Below are positions 26,421 through 40,255 of a stretch of DNA of 64,000 nt, piece after piece. The stretch covers positions 59,706,001 through 59,770,000 of the forward strand of contig NC_043001.1 of the NCBI RefSeq assembly GCF_006345805.1, read 5' to 3'. The number at the start of each line of letters is the position of its first letter. Positions within the stretch are counted from its first letter, which is position 1. This DNA is from Octopus sinensis (Eukaryota). The notes beneath the pieces are model-generated. The model did no database searches, was not told the DNA's origin, and was given only the letters and a program-made list of their open reading frames with translations. The translations under genes and the position numbers were made by a program.

Positions 26421-28269
26421 ACCTATTTGACTGTCTACTCACGAATATAACTTCTGAAATATGCATATACAGCCATTATCTATTTTCAGTCTTCGATTGC
26501 ATTATTTATTCAGACGTATTCGTATACGCTACATCGTAATATTCAGTACTGGCTCAACATTCTATAGAAAATCTGTAGAGATACACCAAAACATTTAGAC
26601 ATATATACACTCACAGACACACATATATACACAGATTTATATATTCATGTATATATATGTATACATAGATGTATATATGTATACCTCTCAGAGTCAGGTG
26701 ACTATTATGATGCAGACAACGTAGTTTGTCTTTCTGTTCGCTGTTGTGTAACACGAAATTGCCCAATACACAGTCTTTGTTGCCTTGTAGATGGTTCGAT
26801 GTTATCTTCTGTTTGTGGGGCGGAGCGGATAACTTCGGTACAATGAAATATATCACATTGATTCTCAGAAATTTTGGACAAATTTTTTCCAGTTGTTCTA
26901 GAAGCAAATCAGTTCCTACGTTATAAAAAGAAATATTGTCATTTTTAACAACGTACTCCCTTGACTGACATTCTGTATATTATTATTTATGCAAACATAC
27001 AATTTTACTTCATCTGCTAAATGGAATTACATATTCCAGAATGGAAAGTGAAATATAGACGATGTGATAGATATATGTTCAAATCTCACTAAGATTCATT
27101 GCTGACTTAATAACACACCACTTCCTATCTTACACCATTATCTCTCTCTCTCTCTCTCTCTCCCTCCTCTCTCTCTCCCTCCCCCTCTCTCTCTCCTTCT
27201 CTCTCCTCTTGACTATGGCATATTTGCCATATTTGTCAGAATGCGTTGAATTCCCTACCGAATTAACAGCAATCGTAAACAAGGTAACATTTTATCCTTA
27301 CATAAATAATAAGGTACAGTATATAACATTATTTTTTTCTAATATTTATTCAAAATACTATCTACACGGACTTTTAGTCAAAATACACCGTTTATTTTTT
27401 GTCGTCAGACAGTGGTAGCAATCATTTACCATGTTTGTCAGAGGTATAGTCAATTGTAAGCAGCTTTAAGCGTATCCATTAAAGGAAACCTTTTTCAATT
27501 TATTTTCTTAATTTTCCCAATAGGAGGACTATAGCTAATGGTCAAACATTGTTAATATTAAACATGACAATGACAATACTACAATACCTGCAGTTGGGAA
27601 ATTTGAGTAAACAGTCACAAGAAGAATTCCAATGAAGTAGAGAAAATGAATTATTATGTTATAGAGATAAATTATACCAACGATAATCGGATGTAGTTTC
27701 TTGTGTATATGGCAAGATAAATGCTAACACATTTTGTATAGCTATTCAAATATTTATCCACAGATTGTTATATGTGCAAAGTGAAATTCTTAGTGATATG
27801 TTTACGTAAGCTACAATATCTATAGAACAACAATATTTTTCTCCCGTGTTACGAGAGCAGATACACCTTTCTTCTGAAACTAGTAAATGATTTAAGTGAA
27901 TTAAATCACAATAATAAACCATGACGTATTGCTTGAAAACAACGATTTGTATGGAGATGCTTTAGAATATACTGCATGAAGAGCGTATGGGGATTAGTGG
28001 CAAAGCATAAAAAGAACTAGTAAGGAACATGATATTTAAATCTAATTTAAATAAATTGTTTTAATTCGAAAGTAATTTATGTAGTTCATCACATTTTATC
28101 TATAAATTGAATAGCAGTAGCATACAGCAATCAAATCAAAATATAACCTTTCTCCTAAATATATTTCATCCAACGAAAAAAAGCAATTATTTTGTTGGAG
28201 AGCAGAAGTTAAACATTTACGACTTCGTGGGTAGCTACGCTAGTCAGGATGCAAAAAAAAAATTGCTAT

Positions 28270-28483
28270 ATAATTCTGTCCTCAAAATTTGACACAAGGG
28301 CAGCAATTTCAGGGGAAGTGGTTAAGTCGATTACGTCCACCCCAGTACTCAACTGGTGGTACTTGTTTTAACGACTCTGAATGGCGATGTTGACCTCGAC
28401 GTCATTTGAAAGCAGAAGGCAAAGACGGACAAAATGACGGTAAGCATTCTGCACGGCAGGCTAACGATATTGCCAGCTCGCTG
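28270..28483 (-). mobile_element. tRNA-derived SINE (OK-like), degenerate
   Basis: Reverse head gctaacgatattgccagctcgc and family body. Confidence 0.7.
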
Positions 28484-28978
28484 TTCTGCAAGAGTTGTTA
28501 CGTAGTTTATTATTATCAGTTCATCAAAGCGATTGATAATATTTTCTTTATTCTCCACGTCCGTCAAAATTTTTGCAATAAAAAACGAGAATTTATTATT
28601 ATAAACACTATAGGGTTGAATGATGAACACTGTATTAGTGTATTCTTCCAAATCCTGCTTCAATTTCCAAATTAATTTATATAACGACGTGCCGCTAACT
28701 ATAGCCTCAGGTCTGAATTTCAAATTTTGATACAGTAATCGCAACTTAAAATCAGTTTTCGAAGCACATGTATCAACGTATATAGTCTACAAAGACGTAA
28801 GCTTTTGTTTTTAACTAAAAGTGCTTATAACTTAGTACTTTTCACCTTATCATATCCAATATCGCAGTCGAGTGTGTCTGTCGTGAGTGTATTGACAGAC
28901 GCCTATTTGTGTGTGTACATATACGAACGTGCTAAGGAATAAGTACACGTGCGTATATGTGCATGTATGTATATATAT

Positions 28979-29051
<73 letters not shown>

Positions 29052-29093
29052 TATATATACATACATATATACATACATACATACATATATATA

Positions 29094-29397
29094 TGTAACA
29101 TACAATATTAAGAGGAATGACCACAAAAGTGGACACCTAATATGCTAAACATAGACGGCAAATTGCTAGTACCACGAATGTAGTTCTAGAAATTGTGCTT
29201 TGTAAGTGACAGACTACGTAGATATTAACAAGTGAAGCCATGGTACGTAGGTAATCTTGTTTTTATTTGGTATATTTTCATTTGTCTTGCTCATTTTTAC
29301 ATTTTAGCGTTATTCTTCGTGGTAATAGCGATTTGACGTCTATGTTTAGCATATTAGGTGACCACTTTTGTGGTCATTCCTCTCAATTTTGTATGTT

Positions 29398-29400
<3 letters not shown>
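29094..29400. mobile_element. MITE with 85-bp TIRs (TGT...ACA termini)
   Basis: 29094-29178 is the reverse complement of 29316-29400 with about 6 mismatches. Confidence 0.85.
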
Positions 29401-29478
<78 letters not shown>

Positions 29479-29481
<3 letters not shown>

Positions 29482-31290
29482 GAAATACAAAACAATGAAG
29501 AAATAACAATCAGAAAAGCGGATAAAGGAAGTGCAGTAGTGGTAATGGACACATTTTACTACAAAAATGTAGTAGTGTCCATACTTACGAAAAAATCAAT
29601 AATTACACCCCGCAAAAAATAATGAAAAACCTCTTTACAGAAAAGACTTAACAGAAAAAAAGAAAGAGACCATTTGACAAATTTTAGATGTAAACCCAAC
29701 TTATTCTATGGTCTACCTAAAATTCACAAAAGCCATAAAAAAATACCTAAAGGCACACATACATCCAGCAGCACCAGGAGACCGAAATTTACGGCCCATT
29801 GTAGCTGGACCATCCTGTGAAACACATCGATTACGCTGCCTCATGGACATACTCCTGAAACCATTTCTAAAACATCTCAAGAGATGTTAAATCACCGTCC
29901 AGAAAGGGTTGTGAAGGAAACAACTATGGTCTCATTCGATATGATTAATTTATACACCAACATACCCAATAGCTATGGAATAGAAGCAATCCGTTTCTGG
30001 ATGGACAAATATTCAGAAGAAATACCAGAACGAATCAACAAAGATTTCATAATTGAATCAATTAAATTCATCCTCCAAAGCAACCATTTCATGTTTGACA
30101 CCACTGTTTATCGCCAAAAATCTGGAATTGCAATGGGAACTAGGGCAGATCCAACCATTGCCAATCTAACAATGAGTTATTTAGAAATATCAATATATCA
30201 GGAGTCATTTTCAAAATGTGGAAACACTCTCCCATTACATAAGAGAAGATTGGAAAATATTTTTGGACGACTACTTCATCCTGAGAAAAGAAACAATAGA
30301 TAAGCTCCTGGAGTTCAAAAGACTCCTCAATAGCATTACCACTAACATACAATACACAATGGAGCACAACCACAAGGAACTCACATTCCTAGACATACTG
30401 ATTTAAAAAAAAAACAATAGAAAGGGACATTTTTTACAAGACCACTGATGCTATTATTTAGCGCATGTCACACCAGACATAACAAAACAAATATTCCCTT
30501 CAACCTTGCAAGAAGGTTTTGCACTATAGTATCCGAAAAAATACCAGAGAGCTAAGATTGTAAGAGCTTAAAACTGTACTCCAGGATAGGCACTATCCAA
30601 CTCAACTCATAAATGAAGGGATAAAACGTGCAAAATCGATTGATATAAAAACATTAAGAAAAGCCAAACACAACAAAACACTTACCCATATAATAGTACC
30701 TTATGTCTCCACAAAAAACCCCAGAAACAAAGAAGCATTTAATATCATCAAAAATCTCCCAATACCCCATAAGGGACCTAAACTTAAGGAGAATATACGT
30801 AACAATAAAAAGAGCAGCAAATCATGTAAGACATTAAGAAAGCTCCTCACAAATGCCAAACTATTCTCGAGAACAACGGACGCAAGAATCGAAAAGTGTA
30901 GTTGTCCTAATTCTGGAACATGTCCCAATCAGTTAGAAGGATCGGAATTCCATTTCAGACAAGGGCAAATATTTAAAATCAAATCTAACTTCACTTGTGC
31001 ATCCCAAAACCTAATTTACATAATCAGATGCTCGGGCTGCAATCGAAACTATATTGGTTCGACAGGAATGTGGTTCAGACAGCGATGTACGGTACACAAA
31101 CAACAAATATTCTCCCCACAATATCGCCAAATATATGTAAGTCGACACATTGACGAATGTCCAGAACGATTACAACAACAATTTATAACTTTCCCATTTT
31201 TCCAACTTGCTTTTTTGACAAGTAAGATTGAATAAAGGAGCCTCATTTATCCAAAAATATAAACCAGAATTAAATATGACACCATATTAA
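29479..31290 (+). mobile_element. Penelope-like retroelement (RT + GIY-YIG), 5'-truncated and frameshifted
   Basis: IRKADKGSAVVVM, LRPIVAG, SFDMINLYTNIP, GIAMGT..PTIANL, FLDDYF, FLDILI, NIPFNLARR, NLIYIIRCSGC..YIGST, KPELN*. Confidence 0.92.
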
Positions 31291-31626
31291 AAATAAATGA
31301 TTTGCCCCTTCTATTGTAAGATATAAACCAGGAAAAAATACAGACCAAAAATAAAAATTACAGATTTACATCCCTTTTACTGTAAAATAAATGAGTGAAC
31401 AATTATCTTGCCTAGTAATATGTATTTCCCCTAGCAATATGCCTATTTTCCAACCCATAACTAGATGAGCAATGTGAAACTGGTTCTTACTCTAATTATG
31501 TTTAAAGAACAAAATCTTATTTTGTACAAAATTGTATATCTTTATTATTATGACACTAATATACTTTTTAATCATGAAAAACAAATCTTCCCTGTTTTTC
31601 CATCTTTTCTCTTTATGTATATATAC

Positions 31627-31687
<61 letters not shown>

Positions 31688-31747
31688 CGACGGGCATTTT
31701 TCAATGGGGCTGAACGTGAAAGCATGTGGTTGGAAAGCAAGCTTCTT

Positions 31748-33850
31748 TATTTCATATAATTTGCCACAAGGGCATCACACAGATAGAAGCTTTGCGGGCT
31801 GGACACGGACATTAATGGGATGAATGATAATGATGCAAAAATGATGATGATGGGAGAAGAGGAAAAGCGCCCGCCGACTTCCGCTTCTCTAAAACAATGT
31901 TCTTTTTCCTTTTCCCCGAAAACACAATGAGGCAATAAACCTCTTACATAAAAAATACAATGTTCAGAATTCTTTTTCTTTTTCTTTCATTTTAAAAACA
32001 CAATGAGGTTATAAACCCCGTACATTACACAAAAAGTCACATATTTCACATTTTGTAGACTCGTTCATGTTATCCGGCCGACCAGTATCCTTGCTTAATT
32101 GAAGCATGTACTTGGTTCCTAACCGAACCACACAGCCATAAATATGTAGGAATCCTCCGGGAAGGAATTCATGATCCTGCACAGATCACTATCCCATAGG
32201 ACGTCCGCAGCCACCTGCGAAGGCCACTCAGGGTCCTCCGTGCAGGACGGAAGACCCTCCCATCGGCCCCTCCTTTCCATTTTCTTGACTTCATTTTCTA
32301 TGGTTCCACCTTTGTGGAAGAGGACCACAAATTCATCCTCCAGCGGCACACCCGCCGGAGGAGAATTGGGAAACGCCGGCAGCGTGTCACAACCCGCCGG
32401 CAGCGTGTCACAACCCGCCGGCAGCGTGTCACAACCCGCCGGCAGCGTGTCACAACCCGCCGGCTGCGTGTCACAACCCGCCGGCAATGTCCCGTTTTTC
32501 TTCTTTTTTCTTTTTCCCTTGGGTCGCGAGAGGGTGAGGTTCCTTTGATGCGTGCAGCAGGTCCTCCTTTTCTCCCGCAGCCCTCGGGTCATTCGGCGGG
32601 CAACCATTGTTGCCCACCTTTTGTTTTCATTTTTTCGAGGTGGTGGAAACCTCCTCGTCATCCTCCTCCTTCTCTCCCTCCATTGAGGGAGCAGGGAGAG
32701 ATTCCACTATTAACTGCTCCAGGATCCTATTTTAGTTTTGTGCAGTTTTTGTTAATGTGGCCGGTCTCCAGGCACAGGTGACACTTGGGTGGGGGCGTCC
32801 CTCGAACATCACCGGATACCTAGACCCGGCCATCCTCAAAAAATCTGGAAAGACCAGACTTTCGGCTGATTGGGTCCATAGGGTCAAAACAGGTTTTGAC
32901 CCCTCCGAATCAGCTGCAGGCAACACTTTCACATTAAGCAGCTTGGTACTGCTACCGCCCAGACCCCGGCGGATAGAGTCCTCTATCCACTCGGGCTCCA
33001 TTCTGGGTGGCAAACCGCAGATCCAAGCCCTCAATAATCGCTTCCCACAATAGCTAGGAAGGGACATGATTTCCTTGCCCTCGAGGAGCTGGCTTGCAAA
33101 ATCACAATTTCTTGGGGGGAGTCAAATAGCAACCAGACCGTTGCATACTTGACTCCCCGTGAAATGAATTTAATGGCTGGCATGTACTCTTCCAGCTCAT
33201 TCAAAATTTTGCCTTCGGGAAGACGGTTATGGTGTCGAGCGACTTTGAATAAGTTCTCAACACCATCGTCTTCCTTTCAAGATCTTTTAGCCATTTTTGG
33301 GAGGTGTTAAATCCCACACAAGACATTCCTTCGCCATTTAAAAAAAGTTCAAATATAGTCAAAGTGTAAAATAAGGAAAGACACAAAAAAGAGAAGAAGG
33401 AAAAACACAACAGAAGGGAAGAAATAAAATAAAAATAGCAGTTCAAAGAAAGTTCTTTTTTTTTTAAATAAATGAAAATTTGAAAAAGAGAGTTCAAATC
33501 CTGGCAAAGAAATTAATTTTTCGGCCGAAAAGGTACTCCTGGCCAATAATCCACAAGGAAAACACAATTTCTTACAATTATGTGAGAAAACACATACGTC
33601 TCCACTGCAAGGCAGACAAAAAGCTCCGAGTACAGTAAGGACTCCTTGCTAGTACAAAAAAATAAACCTACAAGCAACAAATCCTACTGGACTCAAGGAG
33701 CATAAAGCCTTACCTTACAGTAGAGCGTCTTAGTAATCTCATTTTCGCCAGCTACACACCAGCGTGATGACTTCAATTCAATTTTCGCCAGCTGCAAACC
33801 AGCGTGGCGACTTCAACAGGCGAGTGAAGAACAATTAACAACCGGACCGG
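31748..33850 (-). mobile_element. L1/Tx1-like element carrying ORF1 only, inserted in a CORE-SINE
   Basis: ORF1 remnants with CCHC knuckle CHLCLETGHINKNC (32742-32783). TSD aagcaagcttctt at 31735-31747 and 33851-33863. Confidence 0.7.
32374..32486. repeat. 21-bp tandem repeat x5 within ORF1 (encodes LPAGCDT)
   Basis: cgccggcagcgtgtcacaacc x5 plus a partial unit. Confidence 0.95.
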
Positions 33851-34277
33851 AAGCAAGCTTCTTACCACACGGTCACGCCTGTGGTTATTATATATGTGTT
33901 TATAATTTTTTCTATATATACTTGAATTCAGAAGCATACATACCCGTGAGTGTATATAGGTATCTAAATAAGTGGAAGGAAAGTTTACTTGTCGAAGATA
34001 CGTCTCGCTTTTATCCTTCGAAACGTAGAGTAGATGAAATCTTTAGCGACTGAAGAAGGGGTTTTTCTTTGTGTGAATTGTCCTGTACTCTATTTTTTTG
34101 CTGTTTTTAAATAAATGTCCAGTTCCTTTGGTTTGTGTCTATGTTTTCGTTTCTCATTGTGTTCGACGTCCTTTTGGTGTCCTGTACTCATATATGCGTG
34201 TATATATACATGTAGAGGTAGGTACGTACATATATGTTTATATATATGCATATGTTTTATTTTATTTATTAATATAT

Positions 34278-34310
<33 letters not shown>

Positions 34311-34810
34311 GTATATAGATATATGTATAAGTGTGTATGTATATATGCGTGCGCGCCTGTGAGCAAGCATATGTATGTATACGCCGTAATGGCATATATG
34401 GATATTATTTTTATACATGATATGTATGTAAGCATATTGTGAACTGGTATACCTCCTAGTTTCATTTTATGTAGTGACGGCTAGATGTGAGACTACGTAA
34501 GCACAAGTACTTTACGTACGGTAGTCTCTGGTATTTTTTATGTTTCATTTTCTTATCGATTCATCATTACTCTTTCTCCATTCTCTACTCCCATTTCTTC
34601 TATAAGTAATTATCATTCTAGCCTGTGTTCTGACTTCTCCATCATGGTGATCATTTTTATCTTCGATCACCAAAGTAATTTCTAAATCCACCTCATAAAT
34701 TCATCAATACAGATAAGGCACTGACTGTACGAGGGTGAGTCAAAAGGTAATGCCATTTTATTTACATTATTTACTATTGACGGATATATGTCCTCATCTT
34801 GTTTGTTGTT

Positions 34811-34856
34811 AAAACAACGTTTCAGTTGATACACGCTCCAGCCTTCATCAGGTGTC
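34811..34856 (-). ncRNA. Minimal hammerhead ribozyme motif (GUU triplet), partly decayed
   Basis: GACAC-CTGATGA-A-GGCTGG..TCAACT-GAA-ACGT-T-GTTTT. One mismatch each in stems I and II. Confidence 0.55.
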
Positions 34857-34911
34857 TTGGGGAAATCTCGAACCTGTGTTCACATTCCTAATGTATTTCT
34901 CGATGTTGTTG

Positions 34912-34943
<32 letters not shown>

Positions 34944-34983
34944 GTTATTATTATTATTATCATTATTATTATTATTCTTATTC

Positions 34984-35155
34984 AGTAGTTTTATTTTTAT
35001 AGCGTGCTTTCACTTCACTACCGAGCGCAGCTCTGTGTGCCTTGGGTATGTGCTGTGATTTGTTGTGATGCTCTGATGGTTATTGTATGGAAAGTGTTCT
35101 GCGTAGGATGTGTGCAGTGCCTAGTAGTGCAATTTTCTGTATGTTATATGTGTTT
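34984..35155 (-). mobile_element. R4/Dong 3'-end fragment (about 170 bp) between (TTA)n arrays
   Basis: Near-identical to 21448-21620 with the same ttattcagtagttttatt junction. Confidence 0.85.
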
Positions 35156-35177
35156 GTTATTATTATTATTGTTATTA

Positions 35178-35234
<57 letters not shown>

Positions 35235-35239
<5 letters not shown>

Positions 35240-36418
35240 TCACAAACTGGAATCGAACAATTTGCTTCTCAGGATAAGAAAACTAATAACAATAGAAATA
35301 ATGTTATTAATGATTTCAGCTCTAGCAACACTAATATAATTAACAAAAATAATTTACGGACCAGGGGAGGCAATCGAAAATCAACACAAATTCTACAACA
35401 CAGAAATACTCCCTTTAATGTAAATGTTAACACTCTGAGTCATTCTAAGTCAAAAAAAAACTATATCTGGTTTGTCATTCCTTTCGGGAAACAAATCAGG
35501 TCTAACCTCCCTTTACAGTTCCGTGAAGCCGTAGCTAGGAACTTTCCCAGGAATTCTAGGTTTTACCCTACTATCAATTCCAACACTAGAAATCTATCGC
35601 AGATAATTGCCTCCCATAATAATAAACTGCTAAATAAGGACTCATTACCCAGGAGTAGCGACACTGCCCTTACCAATTCCAACCTAACATACAATAATAA
35701 TAATAATAATAGAAATAGTATTGATATTAGCAACATTCATAGCAGCATTGGCGTTAACAATAGTAATAATGATAATAACATTAGCCGGATTATTAACAGT
35801 GGTGGTGTTAGTGGTAATAGTAACAGCATTTCTAATAATAGTTGTATTATTGATGATAACAATCACAGCATTCCTATAGTCAGAGAAATTGCCGACGATA
35901 TTACAATTAATAGTAATGATAATAAGATGAATAGTATCGTGGCCAATGCTAGCAACAATATTTACACCTATCATAACAATAAAAACTCTGTCTTAGTATC
36001 GGAAGTTAATCCCAACAGATTAAAGTTCTTATCCAAAAATTCCAAAATTAGAAATACCATTTACCAGTGCAAAATTTCTTCTAGAACCGATGTCTTCTTC
36101 TACATTGGAGCAACTTCTTCTAAATTAGCTCAAAGGATCTCCAATCATTATTCAACTTTCCGAGATAAGAGAAAACAACACAGCACGGGAATAAGTAAAT
36201 TGGTTTGGCGTCTGAAGGACAGCAATACAACTTTCAAGCTGGAATGGTCCATATTGTCGGTGTCCTTTCCGTTTGATAAGGGCAGAAAACTTTGTGGCCT
36301 CTGTAATTCCGAACTTTTTCATATTTTGTTCGCCAAAGTCCCTTTAATAAATACAATCGTCGAGAGGTCCTACAGGTGCATGCACTGGCAAAAACACACC
36401 TTTCACTCATATGAATAA
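35235..36418 (+). CDS. Penelope-type linker + GIY-YIG endonuclease ORF without RT, Asn-rich
   Basis: YIWFVIPF..NTRNLSQIIASHNNKLL; IYQCKI..FYIGATS..RISNH..F; CGLC..E. The real start is unknown, and the first ~50 codons of the listed ORF are repeat-derived. Confidence 0.7.
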
Positions 36419-37002
36419 TGATTAATAACCCCTTGAATTTTAATTAATATAACTTTTTTTTTATATATGTCACCCCTATATTCATAAAAACATTTTTTTT
36501 ATACTTTCAAAGAACTACTACCTAATCCAGTGAGGTATGTGTTGCCTTAGTCCCCCAACCTCGCCCTCCTCTTTCTCTCTCTATTTCCCTCTTTCTATAG
36601 TAAGCACAATCAAACACACAGACACAAACCTCTCACCACACCACTGTTTGTTTTCTGACATCTACCCATCCACATACACAATCACGCACACACATACACA
36701 AACACACACATTAATGCAGTTATATACAGTCACACACACATGCACTCATTCACAAAAGAAATTAACAAAATCCACCTTTCATATGACCTGCACTCTTTCA
36801 CCTTCCTATTCTTATGCCTCTGTCCTCCAACTTCGTTTGAACACTTGAACCTTTAGAACTTTCTAGAATCTTCTACATCTAACCATTTTGACGTCGCTCC
36901 TTATAAAGGAATATTTTAAAGAGACACTCATTATTGCTATGGGCACTCATCTGTGTGAGCACTCATCTAAAAGTTTTTTGTGCATTTTGATGTTGATATA
37001 AG

Positions 37003-37102
37003 TTCCTTGCTTTTTCCTGATGAGAAAGCGGCATAATGTACTCCTTATTCCTTCGCAATTAGGAATATGCAGCCTTTGAAACATATGTCGAAACTAAAGG
37101 AA
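37003..37102 (+). ncRNA. Type I hammerhead ribozyme in Penelope terminal repeat
   Basis: CTGATGA 37017-23; stem II GAAAGCGGCATA/TATGCAGCCTTT; GAAAC-ATAT-GTC (palindrome ACATATGT); stem I TTTC/GAAA plus TTCCTT/AAGGAA. Confidence 0.8.
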
Positions 37103-37131
37103 TTTTGTTAATTCGTCGTTCAACTCCATTC

Positions 37132-37169
<38 letters not shown>

Positions 37170-37988
37170 TTTTAAGATATCGAGATATCAATGATATAGC
37201 ACATAAAAACGATCGTATAGTTAATATTAATAGTTTTCCGTATATAACTATGAAAATATAATTATAGTAAAGGGCTACTGGAAATGACCATTGCCAATGC
37301 TAGAAGTAGTTGTCAAATACTTACAATCCTCTCTAAAATTTGTTCCCTATATTCAACCAGATACGAACGCGAGGGAATGGACAAGAAAATACAAAATATG
37401 TTGGACAAATCTATAACTCGAGATTTTACGGTCTGCAAAAAATTCTTTTGCAATCTTCAGTAGAATATATCATTAATATATAAACGATACGTACCCAGTG
37501 AAAAATTCGCCCGCAGATATATATATATAATCAAAATAAGCAACATGATATCAACTAGTAATGCAGTACGATCGTTTCAAGCGACTCCATAGATATATGT
37601 ATGTGTATGTGTGTGTGTGTGTATGTGCGTGTATGTATTTTCCGAATATCTATTTACGTATCCATGATGTATTCTAACGAAGGACTGCTCGGAACTTCCT
37701 CGCTATTCTCAGTGATAGATTATGAGCTTCCAAAATATATTTAAATACGGTGAACTACTATGAATTCTCGCTTTCCTGGTTTTGTTGTTTGTCTGCTTAA
37801 TTATATTTGTATATGCATATCTTTTCATTTCTCTGATGTCAAGAACAAACGCTTGTCAATGGTCCGACCTTAGATTTTAGATAGTGCTCTGGTATGAGCA
37901 CTAAATATCTGTACTTATTCTATATATAATTTTATGCGTTCTCATATGTACGTATGTATATATGTATGTATGTATGTATATATGTATA

Positions 37989-38053
<65 letters not shown>

Positions 38054-38057
38054 ATAT

Positions 38058-38288
38058 ATTTCTTTACTACCCACAAGGGGCTAAACATAGAGTGAACAAA
38101 CAAGGACAGACAAAGGGATTAAGTCAATTACATCGACCCCAGTGCGTAACTGGTACTTAATTTATCGACCCGGAAAGGATGAAAGGCAAAGTCGACCTCG
38201 GCGGAATTTGAACTCAGAACGTAACGGCAGACGAAATACGGCTACGCATTTCGCCCGGCGTGCTAACGTTTCTGCCAGCTCGCCGCCC
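38058..38288 (-). mobile_element. tRNA-derived SINE (OK-like), monomer
   Basis: Complete head and body of the family at 7017-7247. Confidence 0.9.
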
Positions 38289-38344
38289 ATATATATATGC
38301 ACACATATATACATATACACATATATCTTTACTTTTCATCTTTT

Positions 38345-38652
38345 ATTGTCTTTCGATTTCAGCCATGCTGGGGCGGCACCTTGAATGTTTAGTCGAATCA
38401 ATCAACTCCAGTACTTATACACACAAACACCGATTGTCAAGTGGTTGTTGGGGGAAAATCACAGGCACACACACACACTCACACACGCATATACGGCGGA
38501 CGTTTTTCAGTTTCTGTTTACCAAATTCACTGACAAGGCTTTGTTTGGCCACCAGCTATAATAGAAGACGCCTGCCGAAGGTGCCACGTAGTGGGAGTGA
38601 ACAGAGCATCATGTGGTTGGGAAGCAAGCTTCTTTCCACGCAACCACGCCTG
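38345..38652 (-). mobile_element. CORE-type SINE, degenerate
   Basis: Homologous to 18422-18826. Confidence 0.75.
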
Positions 38653-39498
38653 GGTATATACATCTGTATTATGTGTTCATATATACATATGCAGTAATAG
38701 CGCTTATCTTTATTACAATCTGAGTGTCTTAGAATGTATTTTGTAAAAATATAAAGTGCTTCTACTCCTGTTTTTATACAACTTACATATTTAGTTCTCG
38801 ATTAATTCTGATGTTTTACAGTAGTAAATCCTTTCATCTAATATCACATGTGACTTACTATGATTTGAAACAGGTATAAGATCGCCTGCCGTTTGCTTTA
38901 AATACGTTGGTCAATATTAAGCATGTAGTTTAGTAAAGATTAAACTCATTTTCATAATTTCAGGTCCCCCTATTGTTTCTTGTGAGCTACAATTTCTTTT
39001 CCTATACTTAAATGAAAAAAAAAATAGCTATACATTATTCGTTTATTTCCAAAAAATTTAGATTCTTCAGTTAATTCAACAGTAGTGTATTTTGAATTGC
39101 ACTGGATGATATGCATTGTTGTGTAATATTTATTAATATCGCTATATGAGAAAACACTATTTTCATATAGAAGCGGTGTCTTTAACAGAGCTTAAGACTT
39201 CAGTGGCAATGCCATCGCGCAGCATATTGTATAGACACAATGATAAACAAATAATATCGAATATATTTCTTTCTTTGTACGCAGCAATTGAATCCGGAAG
39301 TTCATGACTGTATTACTTTAATATCTCTTTATTGGAAAGACACGTCATCACTTCACGATTCCATTCATAAACCAGCGAAACAAATCCATTTCCCACATTC
39401 CACCTGTAGCTAAAGACTGGCAAATATATTCATTTCTTCTGAGGAAAGCATATGTTTGCACCGGTCGCCCTCATTTTATGCATATATCTGTATATATG

Positions 39499-39561
<63 letters not shown>

Positions 39562-39682
39562 ATGTGTGTGTGTGAATGCATATATATATATATATGACTG
39601 CATATCTGAGTGCATACATTTAATGCTAAGGGTAGTGGTGTTAGGATGTGTATATGATCTATTTTCTATATCTTGTAAGTAC

Positions 39683-39764
<82 letters not shown>

Positions 39765-40255
39765 GTGTGTGGGTGGTGTGTGTGAACGTGTGTGTGTAAA
39801 GACTCACATACTTCATGCTGTTTTATGTTCAAAGCTTTATTCTGTCATACATCTTAAGAATTTTACATGAAATATCGATAAATGCCCTGAAGAACACAAC
39901 CACCTAATAATATCAATTACACTCAAACCTACAACTGCATTAGGCGCAACATATCATCCCTTGCCTACTTCCCTCACTTAAACACTTGTATCTAATACAA
40001 CCGTAATAACATTTCTACCGAACTCTCATCGTAATAAACGTTGTATCTCAGTCACATCAATTCCATGAAAAGTTTCTAAAATATTGCGTTAAAAGCAGTA
40101 ACCACACCAACAACAATGGCTACGGTAATTATGAAAAGAAACACAACTGCTACTGATGATGATCTACCTCCTGATGATGATCATGCAGAAATAGCCGAAA
40201 CGTTCACAATTAGAAAAAGAAAAGCTCACGAGCTCAAAATAATTGATAAGTACTA

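Noticed and set aside
26690-26860. Cys-rich stretch as a host exon
   Set aside because: No recognisable domain and no convincing splice-site pair.
31456-31492. CTAGATGAG-CAAT-GTGAAAC-TGGTTC downstream of the Penelope ORF
   Set aside because: An insertion in the core and a broken stem II. A plausible relic but not supportable as a ribozyme.
32374-32486. Regular repeats as a CRISPR array
   Set aside because: Head-to-tail 21-mers without spacers, inside a eukaryotic retroelement ORF.
38854-38881. CTTA-CTATGA-TTT-GAAACAGGTA-TAAG
   Set aside because: Stem I is present, but the core lacks a G and stem II is missing.
40160-40210. CTGATGA...GCCGAAACGTT
   Set aside because: Stem I absent and stem II poor.
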